Assembly (NCBI RefSeq): GCF_902459465.1
Contig: NC_047073.1
Coordinates: 16,430,001 to 16,494,000, forward strand
Length of the DNA: 64,000 nucleotides
Reading direction: 5' to 3'
From: Asterias rubens
Taxonomy: Eukaryota
Within the stretch, counting starts at the first letter, position 1; the number at the start of each line of letters is the position of its first letter. Position numbers and translations under genes: made by a program. The notes under the pieces were generated by a model. The model was given only the letters and a program-made list of their open reading frames with translations, did no database searches and was not told the origin of the DNA. Positions 1-13,210 of this stretch are shown piece by piece.

Positions 1-3000
1 ATAGCAACTTTTTATCCTTCCGACAAACACAGCCAAATTTCTAAAGTTGAGAAATTTCTACACACAAAAAGCAAACAGTCAATAAGGCATTGAAATCATA
101 CATTGATAAACAAAGTTTGTTCCAGTCACAGTTATCAAGTGACAACAACATTCAGGTCTGTTTCACCTCACATTTATCTTCTCGGTTAAAATTATTTCCT
201 CAGTTTTCACAGTGGATGTCAAAACGATGTAAACAATTATATTGCAAATCTCCTGAAAATCCAGCTGAAAAACAAAAGAAGAAAAAAAAAAGTGCACTAA
301 TTTTCCCAAGCGGCAAGATGCAGAAGGTTATGCTCTAATGAATTGAATATCAATCCATATGGAAATCCAGGCACTTCATCTCAAAAACCGCTCATCACAA
401 TGCTGTAAACAATAAGCACTGTACCCAGAGTTCAGGCAAGAAAAAAGGTGCGTCCATTACCCTAGTTACATTCACACTCGGGGGCTCTGGATGGGTTGCA
501 AAATCTCCTCTTTAGAAAAACTGGGCACTTCAAAACTACCCGGCGAAATGATGTCAACACTTATTTCTGCAATCAAAATTCAGTAGAGTAGATTCAAGCG
601 AGGTTCTTTCCTAGCACAGAGCTACACAAAGAGGGTGTTCCTTTCCGAAAGATGAACTCAATGTCCCAGTTGATTCCCAAAGTCAAGTCATGTCAACAAT
701 TTCTGCTGGTCATTTAATTCCGGCAAAGCAAAGTGTAATCCTTTCCTCTTAATATTGAAGGTGCACCAAGTGCTTCCTCGATGACTTGCAACTCTTCCTT
801 CCTCTGTCAAACTTTCGAATTCTGTGACAATTCAATTCAATGTTTTCCAACTTTGTTTTCAACAGTTCAATACATTTCAAAGAAACTAATGAGTTTGCAG
901 CTCATTGGTGAGGTCAACATCCTTCCTTGTTTGCAGTCACATTTTATTATCGATTGCTAAAATAGTTTCACTTTTAAACTTGTCCCTTTTTGAAAACAAA
1001 TAATTCCCCCCAAAAATATTTGCAATTCTGCTTGAGTAATTTCCAACGCTGATATTCAAAGCTCTTGTTTTATATGTTGGGTTTATTAATCTTCTTCCAT
1101 TTGTGAAATTGTCCGTCAACAAAACTGATTAGTGAAAGAGCATATCCTTCATGAGTTTTTTTTGGTAGAGGTAATGTTTGTACAAGGTCTGTGTGGAAGA
1201 CAGTGAAATGTAATGGGATTAATATCGTTGTGTTTATCTGGCTGATTTATTTGTTAATGTAACTTATGAAAAACTTTCCCAAAGGAAATTTGGACTTTGA
1301 ATTTGTTTAATGCTGGATTAGATAGCTATGTTTTTTCCCTCTAATAATCCACTAATGCGATTTATTCATGCAAGATCTTCCTGGGGTGGGGGGAGTGACC
1401 ATGGTTTAAAAATTATTAAATTGTGGCAATTATAACCATACTATTTCAAGGTCAGAGAACTTACTATCCTAAAATTTCAGCAAAGCAAGTTCCATCTTTA
1501 CTGAAACTTGTACATAGTTTTGGTTGTATTCTTAGTTTATCTGCAAGTGTTTCTATTTCACGTTTGAAACACCCCCAAACTATCACACTCACCAATAATG
1601 CCTGACAAATCCTCATGAAGACAACAAAACTTACACACACGATATATTTAGAAAGACCACACCAATCTGACTCAACACCAAGTTCTCGGTATCGACAACC
1701 AATAGCCCCGTGATTCACACCAATGCCGACCAAGGTGAAATTGAAGTTTGATGTCAGACACTGTTTCATGGAATGTCTATTGCGGCTCGTTTGGCGCTTT
1801 TGTTGTAAGCCACATTGTCGATCTCAAGTGGCCGGGGTTTAAGTCCAATCCACTCTGAAACATCCCAAGCAGCTTTAGACAACTCTGACGAAACAACCAA
1901 TTTGACTCTTAATTTCAGTCGAACAGCCGGCAGAGTGGTTTAAAAATGCTCCAAATGTTGTGGGTTGACTTGCAGCAAATATACCCAGATATATTTTCCA
2001 GAGCACACAAATATTTGAAAACAGTTCTGCAAATTATCTTGGTTGAAAACTTCATCAGCATAGATTCAAAACATTTGCTCTGCCACATGCCGATGTGCAG
2101 AAGTATTGGAGGAAATCCTTTGAAATGAAGAGATGGTGCCCAGTGGACGGTGACAAATTACTCAGACTCCAGCCATAGCGCTTTATTCTCCAATCTAGAC
2201 ACTGTTTGTGTGATGATGCTGTTGACTATCCTGCAACACAATTATACTCCAGTTTCATGTGAAACAGCGCAGCCTTTCCCTCAACAAGCCCACAGGATAG
2301 ACTAGCAATCATACCAGCAACATGTTTACACATTACATGAATAGAAACAAGCCGCCATCAGCAGCAAACCACTCATTGGATCACAGCATATGTTCATCTC
2401 AATCAAATATTTAATTCCTGCGACTACACACTGACTTCCTCTCATCCCTAACTCATTACCTCCGTAATGAATACTAACGCTTAAAATCCGTCGCTTCCTT
2501 GACAGCTCTATCTCGGAAATTGTCCACAATTTTATTCCAGTCCCTTTCGATGCAAGCCGTCTGCGGAGTAGGATGGAGCCCTGGATATATGTTGAACCTC
2601 TCCCTCGGCTAAGAGACGTGTTACCCTGCTGCCTTTTATCCCCCACAACAAGTTCAATGACAATGACACGCTTGATAAGGTACCAACATTAAATTAACCA
2701 GCTTTACTCCAAGGCAAACCTGACCTGGTAAATTAGTCTCTGCAGCTAGTTTTCCACAACAAGGTAGATTTTTCCCCCTGATGACTCCACTACGCTCACT
2801 TGGTTGATTTGACAGTGTATCTTTTTTACTAATCCATTCAGAAATTACTGCTATACCAGAGTCTGTCATCCAAGCCGCTCTTATGTTGTCTTCAAACAAA
2901 GAGTACTTATCCCAAACAAGGTCATAGACACAGTTCTTTTCATCCTTATTTTAGCTTAGATATCCATGCATACACAAATCAAGAGTATTAGTCAATCCAT

Positions 3001-3123
3001 GGTCGATCCGGGGACAAAAATACAAGCTACAGATTTCGGTGCTACAACGAATACAGATGGTCCCACAGTACGGCTTTATAATGTCATAGTATTAGTGATG
3101 TCAATCACGTCACATGTTGTTGA

Positions 3124-3519
3124 CTGTTATGGGACGGTGGTTGTATTTACTCAGGGTTGCAGCCCAGCACTGACGGGAAGATATTTTTCATACGAGCTGT
3201 CGTTTTCGGAGGAATTTCCTTGGTGAAAGACGCTCCAGTTCCACACATAGAGGAGATAGTGACATTCACAGATGACAATGATGAAGTACAGAACAAGTAC
3301 GTACAACAGCATGCCTCATAGACTAATCGACTCATTCAGAATGTAGGCTACATATATGTAGGACCTACTGGCAGACCGTTAACATAGATCTCCCTGATGG
3401 ATCACTCCAACTGGGTGTTCAAAATCAGGTCTCTGGACGAGAATCCCGAGGATAAAACCTGCTATTTGACAGTCACGTTAAGCAACAGGGTTATCACTCT
3501 GTCCTGCCGTGGGCCTTAA
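3124..3519 (+). pseudogene. Intronless decayed ORF with BRICHOS-precursor-like layout
   Basis: One frame with two internal TAG codons: KIFFIRAVVFGGISLVKDAPVPHIEEIVTFTDDNDEVQNKYVQQHAS*TNRLIQNVGYIYVGPTGRPLT*ISLMDHSNWVFKIRSLDENPEDKTCYLT. Confidence 0.35.
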
Positions 3520-5589
3520 CACCAATCACAGTTAGCTGTAAGTCACAAGAGCGAAGCAACACTCAACACATCCACACAGCCACTCAGAGAAATCATCAAG
3601 TTTTGCACGGCCATTTTTTTTTTGGCTAAATTAAAAGAACTTATTTGAATTGTTTTCACAACGACCCTTTTACCCACACAGGGAATACAACAAAAACGCT
3701 CATCCCCAACAATACTGGAATAAACATATATGAATGGGATGTGTAAATCTGCTGGTATGGGAGGATATACATCTACTACAAGAACGGTTGACGGACTACG
3801 GCTAATTATTATTCACTGGCTCAAAAACATCCAGGCTGCCTCTGAGCTTGAGTTTGGGGGGGGGGGGGGGCAGTCTGAGCTAAATATCAAAGTGCACGCA
3901 CTAGAATTTATAATCAGTTGCCCACTGCCATACGGTCTCTCTCCTGTGTTGTCCCTTGTTCGTCGTCGTCATATACAGCGTGTTTCCCTAAACCCAGAGC
4001 TAGATATTCTATTTATTCTTGCTCTATATGTTGGCTTCTCACAGGCCCACATATGTTTGTGGCCTTTTGTGTACATTGATACGTACAAAGTCCTCATTTC
4101 TAAACGGCTGTATTGATGCTTGTTTTCGTTGAAAATTAATTGATTTTTTGTTTTGTTGAGTTCTTCTTATGAATATGTTTAAATCATTGAAGCCTGAAAA
4201 ATAATAAAGAGTAGGTTCATATTTCCATAAACTCTTGATTTTTTATTGTCACAGATAATAATAAATTCTTTACTGAGATTTATTTTGACTGATTTGTCAT
4301 ACATGTAGGTCTAACACAAACAAAAGAAAAACCACGAATTGCGTTGGATGACAGTGAAAAAAATATTAGTATCAATATAATACCATTATTCAATTTCATG
4401 ACATGTTCTGGAATCAGGATGATCTTAAAATGTAAATATTTGAAACTCAAGAGATACTGTCATATTATCAATTATTATCAAAATGGTATAATAAGGATGT
4501 TTAACTCAAGAGCAAAAATGTGAACATCTCAGTAAATGTGAACATCAGTAAATTTTGTGGTAAAAATCTCACGTTTTAAGCACATTAAGTTACCCTATTT
4601 CATGTCAGGTACGTACGCGCAGACGTCATGCGTGGGCATGCAATAAGCCCAAAGTGGTGATGTTACCAAGAAACAACACAATTGTCTGATGTTCAAATTT
4701 TTGTTCGCGTAACTTGCAGCTAAACCTCCCTAATGATTTTCTCAAAAATTGTGCGCATCGCTCATACTTTGTGCTGAGCAGTCGACAATTTACTAAATTG
4801 TGTATTGGGAGAACCTGGAACCAGTGGCTGATTTCAGAGCTAAGATTGATCTAAACTGCAAATCAATCTTAATTACTAAGCAAAGTGTGATGTCACCAGT
4901 ACATCCATAACAAATCACTATGGTAATACTGACAAGTCATCTTAAAGATGAATCTACGTGCTCTGTGAAATCGAGCCCTCGTCCACCCCCCTCCCCCTAA
5001 ATAAAATCAGTGTTGAAATTTCACATGAGTAAGATATGATGACACACATGTACCAGCAGCAAAACAGACAATGTGTCTACGAGCACTGAACATTATCCAT
5101 CTATGTTGCTATCTGAATTCCAGATATGAAACGTTATTCCAACTTGCTGAGTTGTAACATCAGCTCTACTTATCAGGTTCAACTCCATATCAACCACCAG
5201 GCCTTGAATTTCATGGAGGCCTAGCCCTCCATTGCCCCTTTTCTTGGCCTTGGTGCCCCTTCAAAAGTATCCCATAGTAGACTTTAAGCTTTTCTAATGG
5301 AAGTGCCCTTTTCAAAATTAAAATGGCCTTGTCCTCTCAAAGATGACATTCAAGGCCTGAATCGAACACCAAATGTATCTCAACAACTGAGACATTCACA
5401 AACCATGATAATATTCAAAGGATTGGTGATGATGTATTTTCTTAAGATTTATGAGTAATAAACCACAAACAGACTAACTGAGTAAATTTTATCAACTTCC
5501 TAGGGTGTGATCTCAAGTTATACATTATTAAACTTTTAAAGGGTGAATGGCTTCTGACTGGCACCCCTGAATTCCAGAATATGGAGAAA

Positions 5590-5695
5590 GCCAACACTCG
5601 CTAGATACATTAGTTCAGTAGAGCGCCAGCTTGTTTAAAATCCAGAGGTCGCAGGTTGAAATAATTTTAGTCAAGTTTTCTTTGTTCACCCCCAA
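5590..5695 (+). mobile_element. Short decayed tRNA-derived SINE
   Basis: agttcagtagagcgccagc...ccagaggtcgcaggttgaa head with a ttttctttgttcacccc tail. Confidence 0.5.
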
Positions 5696-7029
5696 AATGA
5701 CATTAATGTAGGCCTAAAACTAAAATCAACCTGAACCAACCACTACCACAACAACAAAGTACACTACGGCACTCTGCACTGTAAAGTTAGCAGCAGTATT
5801 CAAATTTTACTAAGTTCTTTAAAAATTAATAACTTAACTTAACTTAACTTAAATGCATTTATAAAGCGCTTTAACACTGTTTCAAAGCGCTGTACAGTCA
5901 AGAAAAACATTAAAATGCAGGATTAAAAAACATGAGAAAAATAGCAATAAGGTTTAAAAAAAAAAAAAAAATTAAATTAAACATTGCAATGTATTGCTAT
6001 TAATAGCAAGACACATCGTGTAAATATGCACAAGCTTCACTGTGTGTAGCCTGTAATTTCCAACAGACTGGTTTCATTACAAATTTATATAAAAATATCC
6101 ATATTTTATACTCCCTCCCTTCCCCCATTCCCATTGCAAACATCACAAAGCATCTAACAATGTCAGCAGCAACTTGCAGACATTGTATTAAATTTCTCCA
6201 ACATCCTCTTCTCCTACATGTATGTTTATTCCACACAAGATTGTTTGGACCAATAAGATTGGTATGCCGAGCCTCAGTCCTTTTGAATCATTATGTTTAG
6301 GCAATTAGACATCAAGATTTGGGTAAAGACAATTTGTACCACACAGATTTAATAATTACAAAGGTATTCATTTTATTAATGAGTAAATACTACACGGATT
6401 TGATTACAAAGGATATGATGCCTATATCAAAAAAATAGTTCATCGATACTTGTTCTACATCGCATAGCATCTCACCAGATGAAATATGCAGCAAGCACAA
6501 TGTACATCAATGGTAGTCGTTAGGTATGTGGAAACCAAACTGATTTCATTACAAATGCAATGCTTAGAATGTACGGTTTATAGGAAGAGATACATGACCT
6601 TCCCCATACACCAACCGAGTACGTCTCATGTAACGTGTCAGTCGATATTATTTATATACTTGGCAGAAATTATGATGGACTGCCCTATTACTGGTGTATC
6701 TGGGTGTCTATGCCATGTGACAATCATAAATTACATTGTAGTGCAATGTTAGACGTATTGTTGCAATAAACATGAAATGGCTTGGTTAGGATCCGATAGT
6801 TTTGTTTTGTTAACTATCAAGTCTGAAAAGCAATAATCTCTTTATAATCTTATGAATGTTGAAACCTTTGGATGATCGCTAAGCTACTATGTAACCACAT
6901 TCTTAATGGGAAATGAAATATGTCCTAATGCATTTCCATTGTAGGCATGTTTTGTGGTCCATTTCTATTCCCATTACGCGAATGGATACTTGAAATTAAT
7001 CTTAAGTACATAAATAGAGAGATTGCAAT

Positions 7030-7205
7030 AAATGCAGAATTGCAAGGGTCGTGGATTTGAATCCCACCCGAGTAAATATGACTGTGATATTTTTTTCACA
7101 GGTCTCGGGAAAGTACTGAGTATACAGTGCTAACACACATCGGTGTATATATGGGTATAAAACCAAAACTTGATATTCTTTATCCCCGATGCAAATTTAG
7201 CACCT
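7030..7205 (+). mobile_element. tRNA-derived SINE (second family)
   Basis: B-box-like ggatttgaatccc followed by a family body (tttttcacaggtctcgggaaagtactgagtatacagtgc); no intact cloverleaf. Confidence 0.55.
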
Positions 7206-7890
7206 AGTATGCATACATAGTATTTTGTTCCACTTTATAAGATGTCAAACATGTACACACATGTACATGTAGACCTACCTGTTTATGTCATCTTTAAAAT
7301 GCACTGATCAATTTCCCTTCTAGGTCTATAATCACAGCAAAAATTCTACACAAAATATTTCAGTTGCTAACTAAAAATCTTCATTCTCAACTCAATTGCA
7401 TTTAGTGAGCAAAACACATGTTTATTTATTAATTTAATGAGGGTGACCCATCCAGCACAGCTGATCATTTGTGGCCCTCGCATTATACAAAAATAAATCA
7501 AAAATAAATTAATGTTTGAAAGTCTAATTATTTTGCCGCACAAAACTTTGCAGCAAAACAATATTGTTGCTTGAAATGGGCCTCTAGTAAAAATGTCTGC
7601 GGGCTAGTAAAAGCACAGTTTACATGTAGTTGCCCGGTGGACTACTTTCAGAAAGAATTAAAGGCAAGTCCTGCCCTTACTGCAGCACAAAAAGGGACCT
7701 CCCCTGAAAGTGACTTAACCAGCCAAAGGGAGCTAAATCAACATTAATCATGTGAAATATTGTCATCATGCCAGAATTTGCCGGCGTTATTATGCGGTAC
7801 AGTCTGGTGGAAGGAAATATGAAAAGAAATAAAGTCACGCTTCATCGGGATGGCAATTACGAAAATAACCAAAGGTTATTGAACACTTAA

Positions 7891-8280
7891 AGGCACTAGT
7901 GACACTATTGGTAATTAATCAAAATAATTATTACTATTAGCACTTATATACAACTTACATGTAATTGGTAACGTGTAATGGAGAGCTGTTGATAGGAAAA
8001 ACATTGTGAGAAACAGCTACCTCTGAAGTAACGTAGTTTTTTAGAAAGAGGTTATTTCTGACTCAAATATTTGAAAAATAAAAGACTTTTGGCCTGAAGC
8101 CTTTTATCAGGCATCTGAAAGCACACAAATTTGTACAACAAGGGTGTTTTTTCTTTTTCTTTATTCTCTTGCAGCTTTGACGACCAATCGAGTCCAAATG
8201 TTCACAGATTTTATGCATATGTTGGGATACACCAAGTGAGAATACTGGTCTTTGACAATTACTAAAGGTGTTCAGTGCCT
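7891..8280. mobile_element. TTAA-flanked MITE family A (Kolobok-like termini)
   Basis: TTAA|AGGCACT...AGTGCCT|TTAA. Related copies at about 14665-15045, 37312-37692, 44547-44655, 48685-49035, 55176-55495 and 58800-59105. Confidence 0.8.
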
Positions 8281-11200
8281 TTAATATCACAAGCTCATCA
8301 ACTTCCACCACTAGGTGGCGCTGTGACTCTGCAGTCTCTCTCAGAGTCTCTTGTAATCCTGATCCAATTTAACATTCTGGTAAGTGGATTTGGCATTTGT
8401 GGTTGCTGTCTAGTGGATTAAAGCAGCATTTCCATAATTGTACAAGGACAAGGAAATGTTTCCTCTGCTGAATGCCACACCATTCTTTATTACTAGAAAT
8501 TAAGGATAGCAAAGTGGGTGAGTAACATTTAACAGCCGACCCAGCCCCCAAGGCTCTGAGAATGCTACATTTAAATGGTCTAATGTAATGGCAGGCCTGG
8601 CATTTTACAGAGGCCACGGAGGCCATGACCTCTGTTGCCCCATGGTTGCCCTTAGTCTTGGCCTTTGATGCCCCACTGCCCCTTCAAAAGATTCCCCTAG
8701 ACTTTAACATTTTCAAGCTGTTTAAAATGTACCCTGATTCTGTGACCACACTGTGGTCACCATTTTCGATGAGAAACAGGCTGGCCTATGTATGTTAAAA
8801 TGAGTGCAAACATAGTTTTGAGGAATTATCAAAACTTTGATGGGTCTCGGAATTCATCACTGCAACAACCTATCTTTCTGAATTTTTTAATATACTCAGC
8901 GCCTTGAGTACCTTGTTTGGTAGATAGGTGCGCTTGTTGTGCAGTATTAGTGGCCTTGTATTGTGGCTACCACTTATATCAATTGAAACAGGTACCTCAG
9001 TGTGGTAACTTTTCACTCTGACTGACAAAAATGATGGATGGATGGACCAACCAGTTTAAACATTAAAACCTTCTCCGTTCCTTTCAAAAAAGTACGTTCA
9101 GAACACACCCTAATTCATCAGGTTCATGAATACAGTATTACATTACACTCTTTGGATTGTGTTTTGTTGATTGCTTACACACGATGTTTACTCATGCATT
9201 TAAATACACATGTACAATCATGACTGGAATTTCAATGTTAAACCAAACCATTGTAAACACATGGTTTTAACCAGACTCCTGACTGTGCCTAGAGATACAG
9301 GAATTCATTTCCTGGAGTTAAAGGTACGATGCAATCTCCATTGCTAACTATCTAACAATTGCATCCAAAATAATTACTTGGTCATGCTTGAAAACAATGT
9401 TTTTCAACATACAGTTCATGTATGTGTCATACAAACTTTATACTCAGTGCCTTTTTGAATCCCGCGGACATTTACTACTACCACCTAATACAAGTAAAAC
9501 TGTTCACTGTATGCTTTTGCCTCATGGAAACAGTAAAGGTTGTTAATTTTTTCTATTTTATAAATCTTCACTTGAACACTGTCACATTTTACATTAAACT
9601 TCAAGTGACAATGAAACTTCTTAATCACGTCTTCGTAGTTTAAAAACTTGGAAACACAACCTCAAGGCAGGTTCCTTCCCAATTTGTCAAAACTGTGGCG
9701 CATTCTGGGCGCAATGGTGGCACAATTCTTGACTGTGACCCAAGCATGCTGAAATAAAACGAGGTCTTCGAAAAGTTGTTTAATTGCTGTGTAAAAATGG
9801 TTTGAAAGCCATACTATGTAACTTGTGACATAATGCATTATCTTTAATATTTTTGTATTTTTATCTGCCGCGTTTCCGCCTATCGGCGTTCAGTTTGAGT
9901 ATGATACGTTAGCTTGTGTATGGGGAGTACCCTGTTGGGCAATACCCAAAGTATCTACACCTCCTCACTTCTAGATCAAGTTTGTTCTTTCTTCCTCACT
10001 TAAACAAAAATGACAGAATACAAAAAACGCAATCTTGAATTGTTGATTCAAGTTGCTACATATATGTAGAATTGATTCCATTATACTTATAAGCCCTATG
10101 TACAAAGCCTATTTCTCATTTCATGCAAATAATTCTCCTGTAGAACTGTTTACTCAAACACTTTAACAAATCTGCTAATAAAATAAGAACATGTTTGTAT
10201 TTTTCAACTCTATCCAGTGACTGATTTTCCTTTATAGCAGGGCAAAATGCTTCACAAAATGTATCAATTGCTACTCAAAAATCAGGATTTGCAACTCAAT
10301 ATTAGTATTCGGTGTGCAAAGAAAATGTTTTATTAAAATATTTTGCTTTGCAATATTGCTGGACGAAATCATTCACTGCTACCTTTATATAGTCAGAAAG
10401 AACATCGTTTCCATTCCAACCGGCACAATTCACTAGTCTTTTTCATTTCTTTCCACAACAAGTCACACACAAAGCGGACGCTATTCCTCTGAAGTTAAGA
10501 AATTTGAAATCTTTACCTTAACTCTTCTTGGGTCTAGAGATTCCAAGACAATAACAGGCCTTGCAGACATGACCAAAACATCAAGTTATACTCCACCAGT
10601 CGCCCAAATCACAAAGTATTACCTCCGAGTTCCCAGGTGCTTGTCGGGCACTAGTACTGTGTTTAATAGTTAGACCAGTAACAACTGACCGGGTCTAGTA
10701 CGCAAAGCAGTGTGATCTACAGGCCTAGTGTGTATTGATTTTAGATGGAATGCAAAACTCGGACCAAGTCAGGCATGGAACAAACTCTGAGTTACCTCTG
10801 AGCTCCATGAGACATGCGCCCCGGTCAGAGGGGGGTTTCATAGCCTTGAATGAAGGCCCCTACTGCCAACTGATGGTTTAAGTCATTGGAATTTGCCAGG
10901 TTATTTCTGTGATGACATTTAGGGGATTTGTATGTGGTTTTGTGTAATCCTAGTGTAATGGGACTTCATCAGATTACTCAGACTTATTTTTTTCAGCATG
11001 CTTGTTTTAAATGAACCCCAGGATGGGACAGTGGAATTTGAGAAAAGGTCAACTAGATTAAAACATCCATTGGATTGAAAAAGAAGAAGAATTTAACTGA
11101 ACTACCCTGAACAAAAATTTCATATCATATGTCATATCATGTCATATCATATTGTTACATTTTACTGTTTTATATTGTTAAATATTTCTATCCGCCCGAG

Positions 11201-11962
11201 CGCTTGCGCTGCTTTTTTTTTTTTTTTAACTATCTAATTGAAATATGTGAAACTGTTTGTAAAACAAAGACTTCTATGAAATGTTGAATTGAATTTGATA
11301 CAATCAAGATAAAAACCCATCAAAACATTTCTGTTCTGAATCAGAAATGGAAGCTGAATCCCAGTATCTTTATTTCAAGCTTAACTTTTCACCGAAAAAC
11401 AACCACAGACGGCTTTCAGACTGTCATTTTGCACAGTCAATGTTTTTTTTTACAAGCAAAGTGATTTCTGCATTTGTTGTGGTAATTTTAAAGATAGTGA
11501 ATCCCGCAATTTGATTTTCAACATGGGGAATCTTTATGTTATAGTATGTTACCTTGGGATACAGAACAAAATCATTCCACATTTTTAAAATCCCCTAAAA
11601 TAATAATGAAATGTTTGTGCAAAGATTGCAGAAGTGTTCATGTCAAATAAGTTGTGAGAAAAATACTTGGCTGAACAGACACTTTGTTACAAGTCTGCGT
11701 TATAAAAACACAGATAACATGCCAGTATAAATAACAATTGTTGGGTTGGCCTTAGGGTGCATGTAGCAAATATTTCCGACCCAGAATTGACAATGAAAAA
11801 TAAATTAATATGTAAAGGTTTCCTGATTGCCCATGGAGCCCAGGTCTTGGTTAAAGTTATGAATTACAAAAGTAATTGTTATACGAGATAATACACTACA
11901 ATCTTACACTCCTCACTGTATGTGTCCCCTACTGCAGTATAACCCTCCCCACGCCCACTACT

Positions 11963-12112
11963 NNNNNNNNNNNNNNNNNNNNNNNNNNNNNNNNNNNNNN
12001 NNNNNNNNNNNNNNNNNNNNNNNNNNNNNNNNNNNNNNNNNNNNNNNNNNNNNNNNNNNNNNNNNNNNNNNNNNNNNNNNNNNNNNNNNNNNNNNNNNNN
12101 NNNNNNNNNNNN
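11963..12112. other. Assembly gap (150 N)
   Basis: Run of N characters. Confidence 1.
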
Positions 12113-12196
12113 ATTAAACTTGATGTATAAATAATAAACAACTTGTAATAAATCTCTTTATGGAGGAGTGTTGGCTCTGAAAAGAGCCAGTTTGGT

Positions 12197-12236
12197 CTCA
12201 AAGTTTCGAACAGTAAACTCTGCTCGTCTTGAGGAG
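12197..12236 (-). ncRNA. Decayed hammerhead-like motif (PLE pLTR relic)
   Basis: CTCAAGA-CGAGCAG-AGTTTA-CTGTTC-GAAAC-TTTGAG; the core is mutated relative to CUGANGA. Confidence 0.4.
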
Positions 12237-12499
12237 AATGGAGCAGATATACCATCCCACATTTGCTCCTCTTACCCCCTCCCCTCCCCACCTGACTGCA
12301 ACCCCCCTGGGCACTAACATACATACCAGCTGATCCAACATTTTGTTGGATGTTTTATTGGATTATGATGCAGGCACAGAGTATTAAAGTGAATCACGCT
12401 GAAAAAACATCCATCCGACCGAACCTGACCAACAATGGCTGCCTCATTAAATATTAAGCAAGCATTGTCATTGACACTATTGGCGTATTTTGTCCTGGA

Positions 12500-13210
12500 T
12501 GTAAAAGTGAAAACCCCCTGTCAGTAATAGTTTCTCCCTGGGGATGACGAGGGATTAAGCAGTTCAGTGACCTGAATGTTCCTGCGTCAGTACATGAGGG
12601 GGTATGGATTAGGAGGTAAGGGGGACATAATGAGGATCAGGACAATAGATTAGTAAGACACATCCATGGGTGATAGCCATCTTCTAGAAAGTCACAACTT
12701 TTGTGTTGAAGCAACAAAAGATGCATCGATATTTACAGAAGAACAGATGCTGGGCAACCTGGAATGTTGTCCATTAAACCAGTCATGTTGTGGGAAATTA
12801 ACAAAGCTTTGGCGGAGCTTCTTAGACTAATAAGATATTGGGAATCAAAGTTCTTAAGAAGTCCGATATCCATTGAGTGGAAGACAACAAAGCTTCCTAA
12901 GATCTCCATGACGCAAATAAGAATCAAGGAGCTTTGGCGATTTCTAAGTAATCAGGATTTTGTAGAAAGGGGGCTGAACTTTGAGGTGGATTGACTGTGA
13001 AGACAATGATGGTGTGGAGGATTTTACCAACACATCTTGAGTTGACAACAACGTCTTATTAACAATCTGATAAAGAAGTAACATAAGCTCATTAGAGGTC
13101 TCAAATGTTGATCTGTTTTGATCAAATTGTTTTAGTGGTGGAAGGGAGAAAAAGGGGGAAGGAACAAACCTTTCACGAAAACATCTTAATGGAAAACAAT
13201 AAGGTATTGC
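12500..13210 (-). pseudogene. Decayed coding fossil, probably the N-terminal region of a PLE ORF
   Basis: Minus-strand frame LRCFRERFVPSPFFSLPPLKQF...LLLLYQIVNKTLLSTQ...KSPKLLDSYLRHGDLRKLCCL with scattered stops. It resembles the FLxxCxxxxxVPxGFxL...KxRKL N-terminus of PLE ORFs and lies near a hammerhead relic. Confidence 0.4.

Noticed and set aside
3730-4116. 128-aa ORF
   Set aside because: It has a low-complexity poly-G centre, no motifs and no splice support.
4600-4800. CpG-enriched patch with GACGTCA as a promoter
   Set aside because: No associated exon could be identified nearby, and it abuts a MITE.
5590-5695. tRNA-like sequences (also about 7030, 38170 and 42040) as tRNA genes
   Set aside because: Only degenerate A/B boxes are present, with no closing acceptor stem or cloverleaf; they continue into repeat bodies, so they are SINEs.
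11876-12324. ORFs spanning X runs
   Set aside because: They are artefacts of the 150-N gap.
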